Source: Deinococcales bacterium (GTDB lineage Bacteria > Deinococcota > Deinococci > Deinococcales > JAAFIG01). Taken from it: a DNA stretch of 54,260 bases. The notes beneath the pieces are model-generated. The model searched no databases. It was not told the origin of the DNA and worked only from the letters and a program-made list of their open reading frames with translations. How positions within the stretch are numbered: the stretch's first letter is position 1; every line of letters starts with the position of its first letter. Positions 20,201-29,081 of the stretch are shown one piece after another. The position numbers and the translations under genes are program-made. The stretch lies in the NCBI GenBank assembly GCA_031414595.1, contig JANNVX010000055.1, positions 1 to 54,260 on the forward strand, written 5' to 3'.

Positions 20201-22228
20201 AGCTTGGATATCCATCTGTTCTAAGCCAGTCATTCGCAAATTATCGTACCAGCGTACCTCTGACTCGAGTACCGCAATGCCTTGGGTTATTTCCCATAAA
20301 GCAAACCAGAGTTGTCCTCGACTCAAAAAAATATCATTTACGGCTTTGACTGACCATTCAAAAGTATCTGTAGAAATAGTGGTGTAGACCGTAATCCAAG
20401 TACCTAATGCGTTTTGGATTCTTTCTAACTCGGTGCTGGTTGATTCTTGCCAAGCTGACTTTAGGGGTTGTTGGGCTGCCTTTAGTTTTTCTTGTGAAAC
20501 CAAAAGGTTTTTCTGACTTTCCGAAAATCTATTTAAGACCGTAAATATCGCCGTTTTTGTCGGAATCTTATCCAAATCTACAATGCTAAATTTCTCGAAA
20601 AGCTGACCTTGTAAAAGTGCAGGGTCGTACAGACTATCCAAAAGCAACAATAGAGTCGCGTTGGAAATTGGGGCTTTCTTAGAATTTTTTTGCCAAAATT
20701 CTTGCAGCCATTTGTGATTAATTTCTGCTTCAGATAAAGCTGCACCGATTTTCTGGGCTGTACCAAAATAACCTTCGCTTGGTTGAAATTGTTTTGTTTC
20801 AAGTTCACGAAAATCTTGTAAGTCCCGCAGAACAAGTGCTTCTTGGCGATATAGCTGATCAAGAGTAGTTTCGAGTTTTTGGAGGGTTTCCAAGTCTTGT
20901 TTTGCCTTGCGCTGGCTGTAACGCTGAGTGATTCCAGCCACAGAGGTCTCGAGGTCATTTCTGGCATGGCTGCCATCACCAAGATTCAAAACGCATAATG
21001 CCTCTATTTCTTTTGGAAATTTATCACGCAAAACACGCAAGGCTCGAGCAGTATGGCTGGTGACTAATATCCGATGTCCTGTTGCCAGTAAGTGCGAAAC
21101 AAGATTAACAATTGTGTGCGATTTTCCTGTACCGGGTGGTCCTTGTACAAGCACACCTTGTCTTGAATGTAATTTTTCAATAATCTCGAGCTGCTCTGAA
21201 TTAGCGGGAAGCGGAAAATAAATCTGTTCAGGTATGCCCTCGACTCCTAAGCTATTATTGTCATCAATAACCTCTACAATTCGACGTACACTTAACGGGG
21301 TCTCTGGTATATCAGCGCTTTGTTGGGCAATAAAATCAAGCATTTGTGTTAAGTCCCGTGATGGGCGTTTGCGGAGAATAATCGCAGGTGCTAAATGAAT
21401 TCGTGGTGCATTACCCACAATTTCCTGACGTTTTAGTGTTTTATCGAATACTGCTTGACTACCTTGCAAATGAATCCAACTTTGCAAAACAATTTCGATA
21501 TTGGGGTGCTGCCAATCCCCAAGTACATCTGCTAATTGTGTTTCAATATCACGTTGTGCGTCGCCTGAAATACGTTGATTCATCTCTAACATATCTTGTT
21601 CAAGCTGAACTTTTGCAGTATCAAGATTTACCCCAACAATCACATTACCTTGGGCTGCATCGAAATTCATTGCCGCAGGAATAGTTAATAAATGCCTTGC
21701 AACTCGAGCATTAGCCGCTTGCCAAGTCAAATAGCCGAGACCCAAAACTACTTCATATGTTTCACCGAGTCGCTGTTGCTTCTGGAATATTGAATATAGA
21801 ATATCAAAGACTTTTTTGGCATTTTGCCTTGCTGTACGTTGATTCCCCCAAATGTTTATTCGTTGAAAGTCATGGACAGGATTAAGCCCAAAACCAGCGC
21901 CATGACTTAAAGGAGCTTCGAGGGCTACCGCTTTAGGCAACTTGTTTTTTTGAGTCAGTGCTTGGCGACGCAAAAGCACTTGCAAACTTTTCGCTACTGG
22001 CTTGCCTTCAATTCTTTTTGGTATTTGTACTGATAACCAAGTCTCGGAATCTGACCCTGAACCCCAGTAATTTTGAATTTCGCTAACATTAGGAACATCC
22101 GCCAACCAAACCACTTCATCGTCATCAGAGAGAGTCCGCTGCGGTTTTGAACGTAATTGGGTAAATTCACTAAGAAAGCGAAACAAACGCTGTGTTCGGT
22201 CTCGAGCAAGGTCTGACGAACTCTGCAT
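17222..22228 (-). CDS. Large SF1 (Upf1/DNA2-like) helicase fused to a Vsr/MTES_1575-like PD-(D/E)xK nuclease
   Basis: VLVQGPPGTGKS, IIDEASQ, VGDDKQ, EHFRC, FQGDERD, NVAASRAK; nuclease motif FDSWFE...YRIDL...LAVECDGDRWH. Start placed at ATG 22228, 7 nt after TAGCAT. Confidence 0.9.
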   Translation of the reverse strand: MQSSSDLARDRTQRLFRFLSEFTQLRSKPQRTLSDDDEVVWLADVPNVSEIQNYWGSGSDSETWLSVQIPKRIEGKPVAKSLQVLLRRQALTQKNKLPKAVALEAPLSHGAGFGLNPVHDFQRINIWGNQRTARQNAKKVFDILYSIFQKQQRLGETYEVVLGLGYLTWQAANARVARHLLTIPAAMNFDAAQGNVIVGVNLDTAKVQLEQDMLEMNQRISGDAQRDIETQLADVLGDWQHPNIEIVLQSWIHLQGSQAVFDKTLKRQEIVGNAPRIHLAPAIILRKRPSRDLTQMLDFIAQQSADIPETPLSVRRIVEVIDDNNSLGVEGIPEQIYFPLPANSEQLEIIEKLHSRQGVLVQGPPGTGKSHTIVNLVSHLLATGHRILVTSHTARALRVLRDKFPKEIEALCVLNLGDGSHARNDLETSVAGITQRYSQRKAKQDLETLQKLETTLDQLYRQEALVLRDLQDFRELETKQFQPSEGYFGTAQKIGAALSEAEINHKWLQEFWQKNSKKAPISNATLLLLLDSLYDPALLQGQLFEKFSIVDLDKIPTKTAIFTVLNRFSESQKNLLVSQEKLKAAQQPLKSAWQESTSTELERIQNALGTWITVYTTISTDTFEWSVKAVNDIFLSRGQLWFALWEITQGIAVLESEVRWYDNLRMTGLEQMDIQAIREDAKALLTHLENRKTFGVAFFRPSWMKKAWYVTEIRIVGKPCDTKEKLRDLIRLIGVEEPLQKIERAWSSFAKPLIGTPLQRWIQLTAFYQHLKQIIGLQAPLQTVKKIFLELPQIAIPDWKSIKEIVQLQQQIMSELKYRKDHGQRLEQAQTEQLVCADNFDSEKHHFQTLVEQLEQETKLETAHPLIKRLYEAILQNNPDKYQMYYQNLKDFAERQKKYISRQEQLKVLQVHIPKLAIALASTGSLEYWQKHLNHFEAAWNWWVAQEWFEQITNQSRDKQQRDNLEHCRKEIRTTLLKIAELKAWTACLDRMTEAQRQKLLEWKQATIKVGKGTGKYAGQWRNTARKAMQSAQGAIPAWIMPLYRVAESFQLAPDLFDVVIIDEASQSGPEALFLNYIAKKIIVVGDDKQIKPDNVGLNHTDVEALREQHIDDLPISKTIGSADSSYFEIAEVLFGGRIRLLEHFRCMPEIIQFSNNLCYSDNPLIPLKQFGANRLNPVVGTHFVRDGYNKGLSGNVVNQPEIDAVIQKILECNQDPQYLGKTFGVISLLGEAQARLIEQRLREHLSIAEIEKRQIVCGDAYAFQGDERDVMFISMVKAPEAGKRLTAQTDAKAERRYNVAASRAKEQMWLFHSVEPHELKPDCLRHKFLSYCQNPRVETISIAGISIAELEEKIRDPHKNENAPEPFDSWFEVAVFLEITRRGFRVMPQFEVSNYRIDLIVEGLNGRLAVECDGDRWHGAEQYASDMARQRDLERAGYQFWRVRGSTFYRDPKAALEDLWITLERSGIKPQVYDSLAIKPEESIENTVLDNKTKLSVETTPTDSLALELEIVREKLIETIVTDILVSKSVITAKKPTPAFLPRIKTIHIEKIPELEPTTQPDKPQARRIRATKSDNPKHLKPQLPTPSLAEQKELLSLSSDTWFQLATWAKKNNYLNPFQRKLAFSLGIRAANKEPPSEKQMYWGIVTINEAKEAGFPFTTNVHKAT

Positions 22229-22296
22229 AGGCTTCATGCTACACAATAATCGAAGCTCAGGTAACTTGGAGCGTCAATACCTCTAAAATCTCGCGC

Positions 22297-22668
22297 TTAA
22301 TGGCAACTGGCACTGCCCTCGCCTTCAACGGCTGCTTTGCCATCGGTGCGGAAACTATGTCCGCAACCACAACCACTGGTGGCGTTTGGGTTTGATACCA
22401 CACTAAAACCGCCACCCATCATGTTTTCTAAATAATCCACAGTCGCGCCCTCGAGCAGGGGCAAACTCATTTTGTCTACCACCACATTGACCCCGTGGCT
22501 TTCAAAAATAGTGTCTCCGTCTAGCTGGCGGTCATCTATTGCCATACCGTAACTGTAGCCACTACAGCCGCCGCTTTTGACAAAAACACGCACGGCAGCA
22601 TTTAATTTATTGTTCTTCTCGAGAATTTCTTTGGCTTTATTTGCCCCAAATTCGGTCATGCTAATCAT
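22297..22668 (-). CDS. iscA: A-type Fe-S carrier protein (IscA/SufA/ErpA, HesB family)
   Basis: GGCSG.SY and [14 protein letters not shown]. Confidence 0.9.
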   Translation of the reverse strand: MISMTEFGANKAKEILEKNNKLNAAVRVFVKSGGCSGYSYGMAIDDRQLDGDTIFESHGVNVVVDKMSLPLLEGATVDYLENMMGGGFSVVSNPNATSGCGCGHSFRTDGKAAVEGEGSASCH

Positions 22669-22893
22669 GGCGGTAGCGTAGCACCTTTTAACGGGGACGT
22701 AAGTGTGCTGGTTTACCAGACAATAATTGCGCCCCCTTTCGGGGGCTGGGGGAGGGATGTATGGAGGCGTTTGCTGTTGGCTATGCCTTCGTTTATTAAG
22801 GTATTCCAGCTTGATGAGAATTACCCTCGAGATGCTGTGAGAATAACAAGTGTTGTGTCTTGGAAGGGCTTTTTTGTGAGGTTTATAACGTTT

Positions 22894-25320
22894 CTACAGC
22901 GTTTCTTCTTGACGAATCGCAAAGGCACGAATGACTTTATCTTTATCTTCTATTCGCATCACTTTGACTCCTTGGCTGCTGCGCCCATATGAAGATACTT
23001 CTTCGACTCGAGTACGAATCGCTACACCGTTGGCACTTAGTACCATCAGTTCTTCGTCGCCGCCAACCCGCTCGAGACTGACCAAATGACCGGTTTTATC
23101 GGTCACTTTCAGGGTAATCACACCTTGTCCACCGCGCCCTTGAAGTGGGTACTCGTTGATCGGGGTGCGTTTACCATAACCATTTTCTGAAACTGCCAGC
23201 AATTCGCCGTTGTCGTCGGGTTGAACAATGCTCATGCTGACCACCACATCGGTGGTTTTTAAGCGAATCCCAATCACGCCTTGGGTCGCCCGACCTGTAG
23301 CCCGGACATCATCTTCACTAAAGCGGATACTCTGTCCGTCTCGAGTGGCTAAGACAACTTGTTCGTTGGTATTGACCACTGCCACTTCGATTAAATGATC
23401 GTTCTCGAGTAAGTTAATAGCAATCAGACCCGCCGAAGTGATATTGATATAATCGGCAATTTCGGTCTTTTTAATGATGCCCTGCTTGGTACAAAAAATC
23501 AGTGAGCCAGCCACACTAAAGTCTTTCAAGTCGAGGATTCCAGCCACGCTTTCGTCGTCTCGAAGCGGCAAAATGTTGCGTAAATGCACGCCCTTAGCAT
23601 CGCGTCCGGCTTCTGGAATATCAAAGATTTTCTCGCGGAAAACCCGTCCCTTATCGGTAAAGAAGAGTAGGAAATCGTGGGTACTACCAACCAGCAAATT
23701 GGTGTTTAAGTCCTCGTCGCGCAACTTGCCAGAGTTTGCGCCACGTCCCGCCCGAGCTTGAACACGGTACGCCTCGAGCGCGGTGCGTTTCATATAACCG
23801 CCTTTGGTGACGGTAATTACCATGTCTTCGACAGCGATTAAGTCCTCTTTGGTGATGTCTTCGGACAAATCAGTTATGACGGTGCGGCGTTCATCACCAA
23901 ATTTGTCACGCAAATTGGTGATTTCTTTGATGATTTCGTTCCATAAAATCGTGGTATCGCCAAGGATGCCCTCGAGAAACCCAATGACCGTCAGTAATTC
24001 GCGGTACTCATCGTTTAAGCGGTCTCGAGACAGTCCTGTCAGGGTTTGTAAGCGCATATCGAGAATGGCTTGGGATTGCGGCTCTGACAAAGCAAAACGC
24101 ACCATCAGGGCATCGCGGGCTTCTGCCCCACTTTGGGCAGCCCGAATCAGGCGAATCACTTCGTCAATGTTGTCAAGCGCAATTAACAAACCCTCTAAGA
24201 TATGGGTTCTGGCTCGGGCTTTTTTTAGGTCGTACTCGGTGCGTTTGGTGACCACGACTTTACGGTGGTCAAGGTAATGCACCATTGCATCTTTGATGGG
24301 CAGCACTTTTGGTGCGCCATTGACAATTGCTAAGTTGATAATGTTAAAGCTACTTTGCAATTGGGTGTGTTTGTACAACTGGTTCAAGACCAAATCGGGC
24401 AGTGTACCGCGTTTTAACTCGAGGACAATCCGTACAGGGTCTTTGCGGTCTGATTCGTCGCGCAGGGCGCTGATGTCTGGAATTTTGCCTTCGCGGTAGC
24501 ACAGGCTGATGGTTTTAATAAAATTTTCTTTGTTGACTTGGTACGGGATTTCAGTAATCACAATTTGCGAACGACCCTTAACCTCTTCGATACGAGATTT
24601 ACCACGTAAACGAATACTGCCCTGCCCTGTGGCGTAGGCTTCGCGGATGCCTTTTTTGCCAAGTCTGCCACCGGTTGGGAAGTCTGGTCCAGTCACAAAC
24701 TGCATCAGTTCGTCTAAAGTAATGTCTGGGTTTTTAATAATCTCGAGCAACCCATTACAAATTTCGGTCAGGTTATGCGGCGGGATATTGGTTGCCATAC
24801 CGACAGCAATGCCCACAGCACCATTGACCAGCATGTACGGGAAAGCGGCTGGCAGAACGGTTGGTTCTTCGTGCGATTCATCAAAATTAGGGCGAAAAGA
24901 CACGGTTTCTTTTTCGATGTCCTCGAGCATGGCTTCGGCGGCTTTGGTCAAACGGGCTTCGGTATAGCGGTAAGCGGCGGCAGGGTCGCCATCCAAAGAA
25001 CCGAAATTACCCTGACCATCCACTAACATGTAGCGTAAGTTCCACCACTGGGCAAGGCGCACCATCGCTTCATAAATCGGCATGTCACCGTGCGGATGGT
25101 ATTTTTTAATCACTTCGCCAACCACACCAGCGCTTTTAGAGTGCCTACGGGTGGAGAGCAAATTTAAGTCCGAGTGCATGGCATACAAAATGCGTCGCTG
25201 CACTGGTTTTAAGCCGTCACGCACATCGGGTAGAGCGCGTTCGACAATGGTTGACATGGCGTAGGTCAGGAATGAATCTTTGACTTCATCGGTGATATTG
25301 ACTGGGATAACTTCTGACAA
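22894..25320 (-). CDS. gyrA: DNA gyrase subunit A
   Basis: [22 protein letters not shown], catalytic AAYRYTE, GyrA-box-like QARAGRG, C-terminal pinwheel repeats. TTG start with GGAGG RBS. Confidence 0.97.
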   Translation of the reverse strand: MSEVIPVNITDEVKDSFLTYAMSTIVERALPDVRDGLKPVQRRILYAMHSDLNLLSTRRHSKSAGVVGEVIKKYHPHGDMPIYEAMVRLAQWWNLRYMLVDGQGNFGSLDGDPAAAYRYTEARLTKAAEAMLEDIEKETVSFRPNFDESHEEPTVLPAAFPYMLVNGAVGIAVGMATNIPPHNLTEICNGLLEIIKNPDITLDELMQFVTGPDFPTGGRLGKKGIREAYATGQGSIRLRGKSRIEEVKGRSQIVITEIPYQVNKENFIKTISLCYREGKIPDISALRDESDRKDPVRIVLELKRGTLPDLVLNQLYKHTQLQSSFNIINLAIVNGAPKVLPIKDAMVHYLDHRKVVVTKRTEYDLKKARARTHILEGLLIALDNIDEVIRLIRAAQSGAEARDALMVRFALSEPQSQAILDMRLQTLTGLSRDRLNDEYRELLTVIGFLEGILGDTTILWNEIIKEITNLRDKFGDERRTVITDLSEDITKEDLIAVEDMVITVTKGGYMKRTALEAYRVQARAGRGANSGKLRDEDLNTNLLVGSTHDFLLFFTDKGRVFREKIFDIPEAGRDAKGVHLRNILPLRDDESVAGILDLKDFSVAGSLIFCTKQGIIKKTEIADYINITSAGLIAINLLENDHLIEVAVVNTNEQVVLATRDGQSIRFSEDDVRATGRATQGVIGIRLKTTDVVVSMSIVQPDDNGELLAVSENGYGKRTPINEYPLQGRGGQGVITLKVTDKTGHLVSLERVGGDEELMVLSANGVAIRTRVEEVSSYGRSSQGVKVMRIEDKDKVIRAFAIRQEETL

Positions 25321-25347
25321 GTGAAACCTCCGTTAGTTTAACGGGTG

Positions 25348-25386
25348 ATTATAACATAAAAAGCTGATGTTATGCAAATAACATAA
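25348..25386 (-). promoter_or_regulatory. gyrA promoter (TGnTATAAT at 25348-25356) with an RDRM (DdrO-type operator) at 25370-25386
   Basis: TTATGCAAATAACATAA fits the 17-bp Deinococcus radiation-desiccation response motif and covers the predicted -35 TTGCAT. Confidence 0.8.
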
Positions 25387-25415
25387 ATGACCAATAGCCT
25401 TTGCAAATTTGTGTT

Positions 25416-26411
25416 TCAAGGTTCAAGAAACTCAAACTCATGGATTTTACGAACATCGACTGCCACCCCGCCGTGTGTGTCCGGCACATACATACTCGAG
25501 AATTTGGCATTCCAAACCACTTCTTCGCACTTGTACGAACCGCGTGCATGAACCCTTTGAAACAACACATCATCTAAGCCATGAATGACAACAATAAATT
25601 CGGCTTGACTGGCATCCAAGTCTATTTCGGTCACACCCCAAAGCGGGCTGGCGGGGGTAATCGGATGCACCACCGTCCAAGCCAAACTAAAAAAAGCCAC
25701 GGTACTGCGTTCTAAAGGCAGATTGTAAAATTTTCGGATTCGTTTACCAGCTACTATTTCAAACCTCGAGAAACTGACCTGAGCCGCAATTTCAATAATC
25801 TCGTTTTTATACCCATTGGCAATCCGAAACATCAAGCCACTACCCGTTTGAAACGGGGCAATCAAAGCGTTCTTGCTCCATAAAATCCTCGAGTTTGGTT
25901 TGGAGAACCTCGAGAAGACCACACCTGTAATTAAAGCCGCGCCGAGTAACCCCAAGAATGCTTCGATGCTGGATAAAATATGGGCTGGTACATTATTGGG
26001 GGCGATATGACCATAGCCAATTGTGGAGAGCGTTTCGATGCTAAAGAAAAACCCGCGCCAAAATAAATCTTCGATTTGGTTTGGCGTACTCATGAACAGT
26101 GCATCCTTGCCGCATAGCACATACAGCACTGCAAAAATAAGGTTGATGCCAATAAACCCAGCCGTTAAACTCGAGAAAAACCACCACCAAGACATCGAAA
26201 TCAGGGCATAGAATGGGTTTATACTCTCGAGTTGCCCAAGTCCAACACGGTGCGAATTAAAACTGCCGTCTTTATTTAAGAAACGACTTGATTGCTCGGC
26301 TTGAACCCTGCCAATACCAAGGTCATCGGCTGGAACTTGAATAGGAGGTTCAGACGGCGACACAAAACCAGTTTCGGACGGTGATACAAAGCTAGATTCA
26401 GACGGCGACAT
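25416..26411 (-). CDS. Inward-rectifier potassium channel (KirBac)
   Basis: FFFSIETLSTIGYG filter, FSRFSKP, LMFRIAN, FFSLAWTVVHPITPASPL. Confidence 0.92.
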   Translation of the reverse strand: MSPSESSFVSPSETGFVSPSEPPIQVPADDLGIGRVQAEQSSRFLNKDGSFNSHRVGLGQLESINPFYALISMSWWWFFSSLTAGFIGINLIFAVLYVLCGKDALFMSTPNQIEDLFWRGFFFSIETLSTIGYGHIAPNNVPAHILSSIEAFLGLLGAALITGVVFSRFSKPNSRILWSKNALIAPFQTGSGLMFRIANGYKNEIIEIAAQVSFSRFEIVAGKRIRKFYNLPLERSTVAFFSLAWTVVHPITPASPLWGVTEIDLDASQAEFIVVIHGLDDVLFQRVHARGSYKCEEVVWNAKFSSMYVPDTHGGVAVDVRKIHEFEFLEP

Positions 26412-26416
26412 AAACC

Positions 26417-27169
26417 TTAAACCGAATGCAAGCCGCCATCGGCGAGGTAAACCGAACCTGTCACAAAACTGGCTTCGTCGGACAGTAAAAAGGCAATCAC
26501 GGGGGCGATTTCTGAGGGTGTACCATAGCGCCTAAGTGGAATGTTTTTCTCCAAGTTGCCTCGAACCGCTTCACTCTGACCGGGTTTTAGGCTCTCGTCG
26601 TAGCCACGCATCATGCTTGAATCGAGCGGACCCGGATTAACACTATTGACCCGAATGCCCTTGCGCCCAAATTCTGCTGAAGCCCCTCGGGTCAGACCAA
26701 CCACGGCATGTTTAGCCGCATTGTAAGCAATCATGCCCGGTGAACCAATCACCCCTGCGACACTCGAGATGTTGACCACGCTGCCACTGCGCCCCTCGAG
26801 CATCAGTTTAATACCGTGTTTTAGCCCCAAGAAAACACCCGTCACATTGACATCCAGCACTTGTTGGAATGCCTCGAGCGGATAAGAAATCACACTGCCC
26901 GGCGTGCCACCAATCCCAGCGTTATTGACCAAACCATGCAGCCCCCCAAAACGTTCCTTGGTTGCCGCCATGACCCGAATCCAATCGGTTTCTAAGGTCA
27001 CATTATGTTCAAGCAGCAACGCCTCCGCAATACCCAAACTCTCGAGGGCAGACATTTTCATGTCGGTCAGCACCAATTTTGCACCTCGAGCAGCCAGAAG
27101 TTTGGCGGTTGCCGCACCAATTTCGCCGGCTGCGCCAGTCACCAGAATCACTTTATTTTGTAAAGACAT
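26417..27169 (-). CDS. Short-chain dehydrogenase/reductase
   Basis: TGAAGEIG, NNAG, YNAAK, NPGP. Confidence 0.92.
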   Translation of the reverse strand: MSLQNKVILVTGAAGEIGAATAKLLAARGAKLVLTDMKMSALESLGIAEALLLEHNVTLETDWIRVMAATKERFGGLHGLVNNAGIGGTPGSVISYPLEAFQQVLDVNVTGVFLGLKHGIKLMLEGRSGSVVNISSVAGVIGSPGMIAYNAAKHAVVGLTRGASAEFGRKGIRVNSVNPGPLDSSMMRGYDESLKPGQSEAVRGNLEKNIPLRRYGTPSEIAPVIAFLLSDEASFVTGSVYLADGGLHSV

Positions 27170-27178
27170 GCCCTCAGT

Positions 27179-27793
27179 CTAGCCGATTTTGGGTCGTTGT
27201 TGCTCGAGACGATGAATTAAACCCCGCAACTGACCAGCTTTAAGTTTTAGTGCCGCCCGATTGACAATAAACCGAGTGCTGAGTTGCAGTAATTTTTCGC
27301 GTTCCACCAAACCGTTTTCGCTTAACGTCCGCCCTGTTTCAACAATATCCACGATTGCATCGGCTAAACCCGTCAGGGCTGCCAATTCAATTTTGCCATT
27401 GAGGGAAATCACATCGGCGGTCATGCCACGTTCACGCAAAAATCCCCGTGTTGCCCGAGGGTACTTGGTGGCTACCCGTTCAATCACTCGAGAACTTCCC
27501 GCCATGGTAATCAAGGAGAACCGATACGAATTGCCACCCAAATCCACGGGTTCAAAATTATCCCGCCCAGCCTCGAGAATCCAATCCTTACCAACCACCC
27601 CACAATCCGCCACACCGACATCCACATAGACTGGCACATCTGGGTCTTTCACCAGCAGCAGCGTGAGTTCTGGGAATTCAAAACGCAAACTGCGTGAATC
27701 ATCCAAAGCGGGAATCTCGAGACCAGCCCCGCGCAAAGCATCCAAGGCAAACTTTTTACTGCGTTCACCACTGGGAATAGCAATGGTCAGCAT
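27179..27793 (-). CDS. hisG: ATP phosphoribosyltransferase, short form
   Basis: DVPVYV..GVADCGVVGKD, VATKYP, ADAIVDIVETGRTLSENGL. Confidence 0.95.
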   Translation of the reverse strand: MLTIAIPSGERSKKFALDALRGAGLEIPALDDSRSLRFEFPELTLLLVKDPDVPVYVDVGVADCGVVGKDWILEAGRDNFEPVDLGGNSYRFSLITMAGSSRVIERVATKYPRATRGFLRERGMTADVISLNGKIELAALTGLADAIVDIVETGRTLSENGLVEREKLLQLSTRFIVNRAALKLKAGQLRGLIHRLEQQRPKIG

Positions 27794-28920
27794 ATTTCTC
27801 CCAATCCGATTTTTGCCCCATCTGATAACCGAATCACGGTATTTTCAAGAACAATATACGGCACGCCCCACGCTCGAGCTGCTTCCTCGAGTTCGGTCTG
27901 ATTGTTCGTCCAAGCTTGAATCACCCGTTTGCCCTGTTTGCGAAGGTTACGGGCGGCAACGTTTGAAGTGCTAATCGCTATCGCTGTCTCGAGACTTGGG
28001 GCTGTACCAAGAGCGGTCATCAGGCGCTCGAGTCCGATGGCAAACCCAACGGCGGGCAGGGTGGTGTTATAGCGTCCTCCACCGCAAAGTGGTTGTCCAA
28101 AATCTGGGGTATAGGCTTGGAAAATCACGCCAGTATAATAATCAAGCCCTCTAGCAATTCCAAGGTCAAATAAGAACCGTTCTGGTGGTAGTAAACTGGC
28201 AACTGAACGAACATTATCTAAGGCAGCTTTAGCCGCATCGTTAATCGCAATGTCTTCGGCTTCCTCGAGTACCCGAATATCGCCGTACAAATCTATTAAA
28301 CGCAGGACGGCTTGTTTGACTATTCCCGTAATTTTATACATCTCGAGATGGGCTTGTAACTCTGGTGCGTTCTTGCGATGAATGGCGGTGCGAAGGGTTT
28401 GGATTGCGTCTGGCTCGAGATTGGTGGCTTGTAAGACCGCCCGCACAAAACCCGGATGACCAATTTCTACGGCGGCTTTAGAAAACCCCACACTATCTAA
28501 GCACTCGAGGGCTAAGGACAGAATTTCGGTATCGGCAAGTGGGGTGTCCACCCCAAGTAATTCCGCCCCAACTTGGGTGTATTCGCGTTGTCTGCCAAGT
28601 TCGGCATCTCGAGTTCGTACCCAAAGTGTGCCACTGTAGCGCAGCCGCACGGGGTAAGTCGGCTCAGACAGGGTGCGTACCAGATTGGCGACACTGGTGG
28701 TGTACTCACCGCGCAGCATCAGCACTGTGCCATCGCGGTCTACCAACTTAAAGCCTTTGTCTGCCAGAGGATGAACTGGGTTAAAAACCTCTAAAGCTGG
28801 AGTTTGCACAGGGTCAAAGCCCCACAGGTGCAGTACCCGCTCGAGCTTAGAGCGCAAAGCCTCGCGCCAAGTTTCGTCTTTGGGAGGGTAGTACCGAGTT
28901 CCATCGGGGATTAAACGCAC
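27787..28920 (-). CDS. hisZ: ATP phosphoribosyltransferase regulatory subunit
   Basis: IPDGTR, REYTQVGAEL, LDYYTGVIF, GGGRY, AVGFAI; coupled to short hisG. Confidence 0.93.
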   Translation of the reverse strand: MRLIPDGTRYYPPKDETWREALRSKLERVLHLWGFDPVQTPALEVFNPVHPLADKGFKLVDRDGTVLMLRGEYTTSVANLVRTLSEPTYPVRLRYSGTLWVRTRDAELGRQREYTQVGAELLGVDTPLADTEILSLALECLDSVGFSKAAVEIGHPGFVRAVLQATNLEPDAIQTLRTAIHRKNAPELQAHLEMYKITGIVKQAVLRLIDLYGDIRVLEEAEDIAINDAAKAALDNVRSVASLLPPERFLFDLGIARGLDYYTGVIFQAYTPDFGQPLCGGGRYNTTLPAVGFAIGLERLMTALGTAPSLETAIAISTSNVAARNLRKQGKRVIQAWTNNQTELEEAARAWGVPYIVLENTVIRLSDGAKIGLGEIC

Positions 28921-28955
28921 ACAGGGATTCTAACTTGCTTAAGAATGGTTCTCAA

Positions 28956-29081
28956 ACTTAGTGCAGTGTCGGACAAGTCGGTAGACTTGGCGAGCTATGC
29001 GAGTACCGAAAGGTGCTTTGTCGTGGAGTCCGTAGTCTCGAGGAACGATGAGTCGAAGGACTTAAACGACAAAGCACTTAG
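28956..29081 (+). other. Highly structured intergenic element (MITE/REP-like repeat or small RNA)
   Basis: Hairpins CAAGTC-GGTA-GACTTG and AGTACC-GAAA-GGTGCT; 12-bp stem 29013-29024/29066-29077; ACTTAG at both ends. Confidence 0.5.

Noticed and set aside
21805-21875. DFQRINIWGNQRT in the helicase recalls the Type ISP restriction-enzyme NLRGNQRT motif
   Set aside because: The match is short and has no surrounding methyltransferase motifs; probably chance.
22705-22992. 95-aa ORF and CCCCC-TTTC-GGGGG hairpin between iscA and gyrA
   Set aside because: The ORF overlaps gyrA antisense and has no motifs. The single short hairpin does not support an RNA gene call.
29046-29066. CGATGAGTCGAAGGACTTAAA resembles a hammerhead ribozyme core
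   Set aside because: It lacks the invariant CUGAnGA and the GAAA after stem II.
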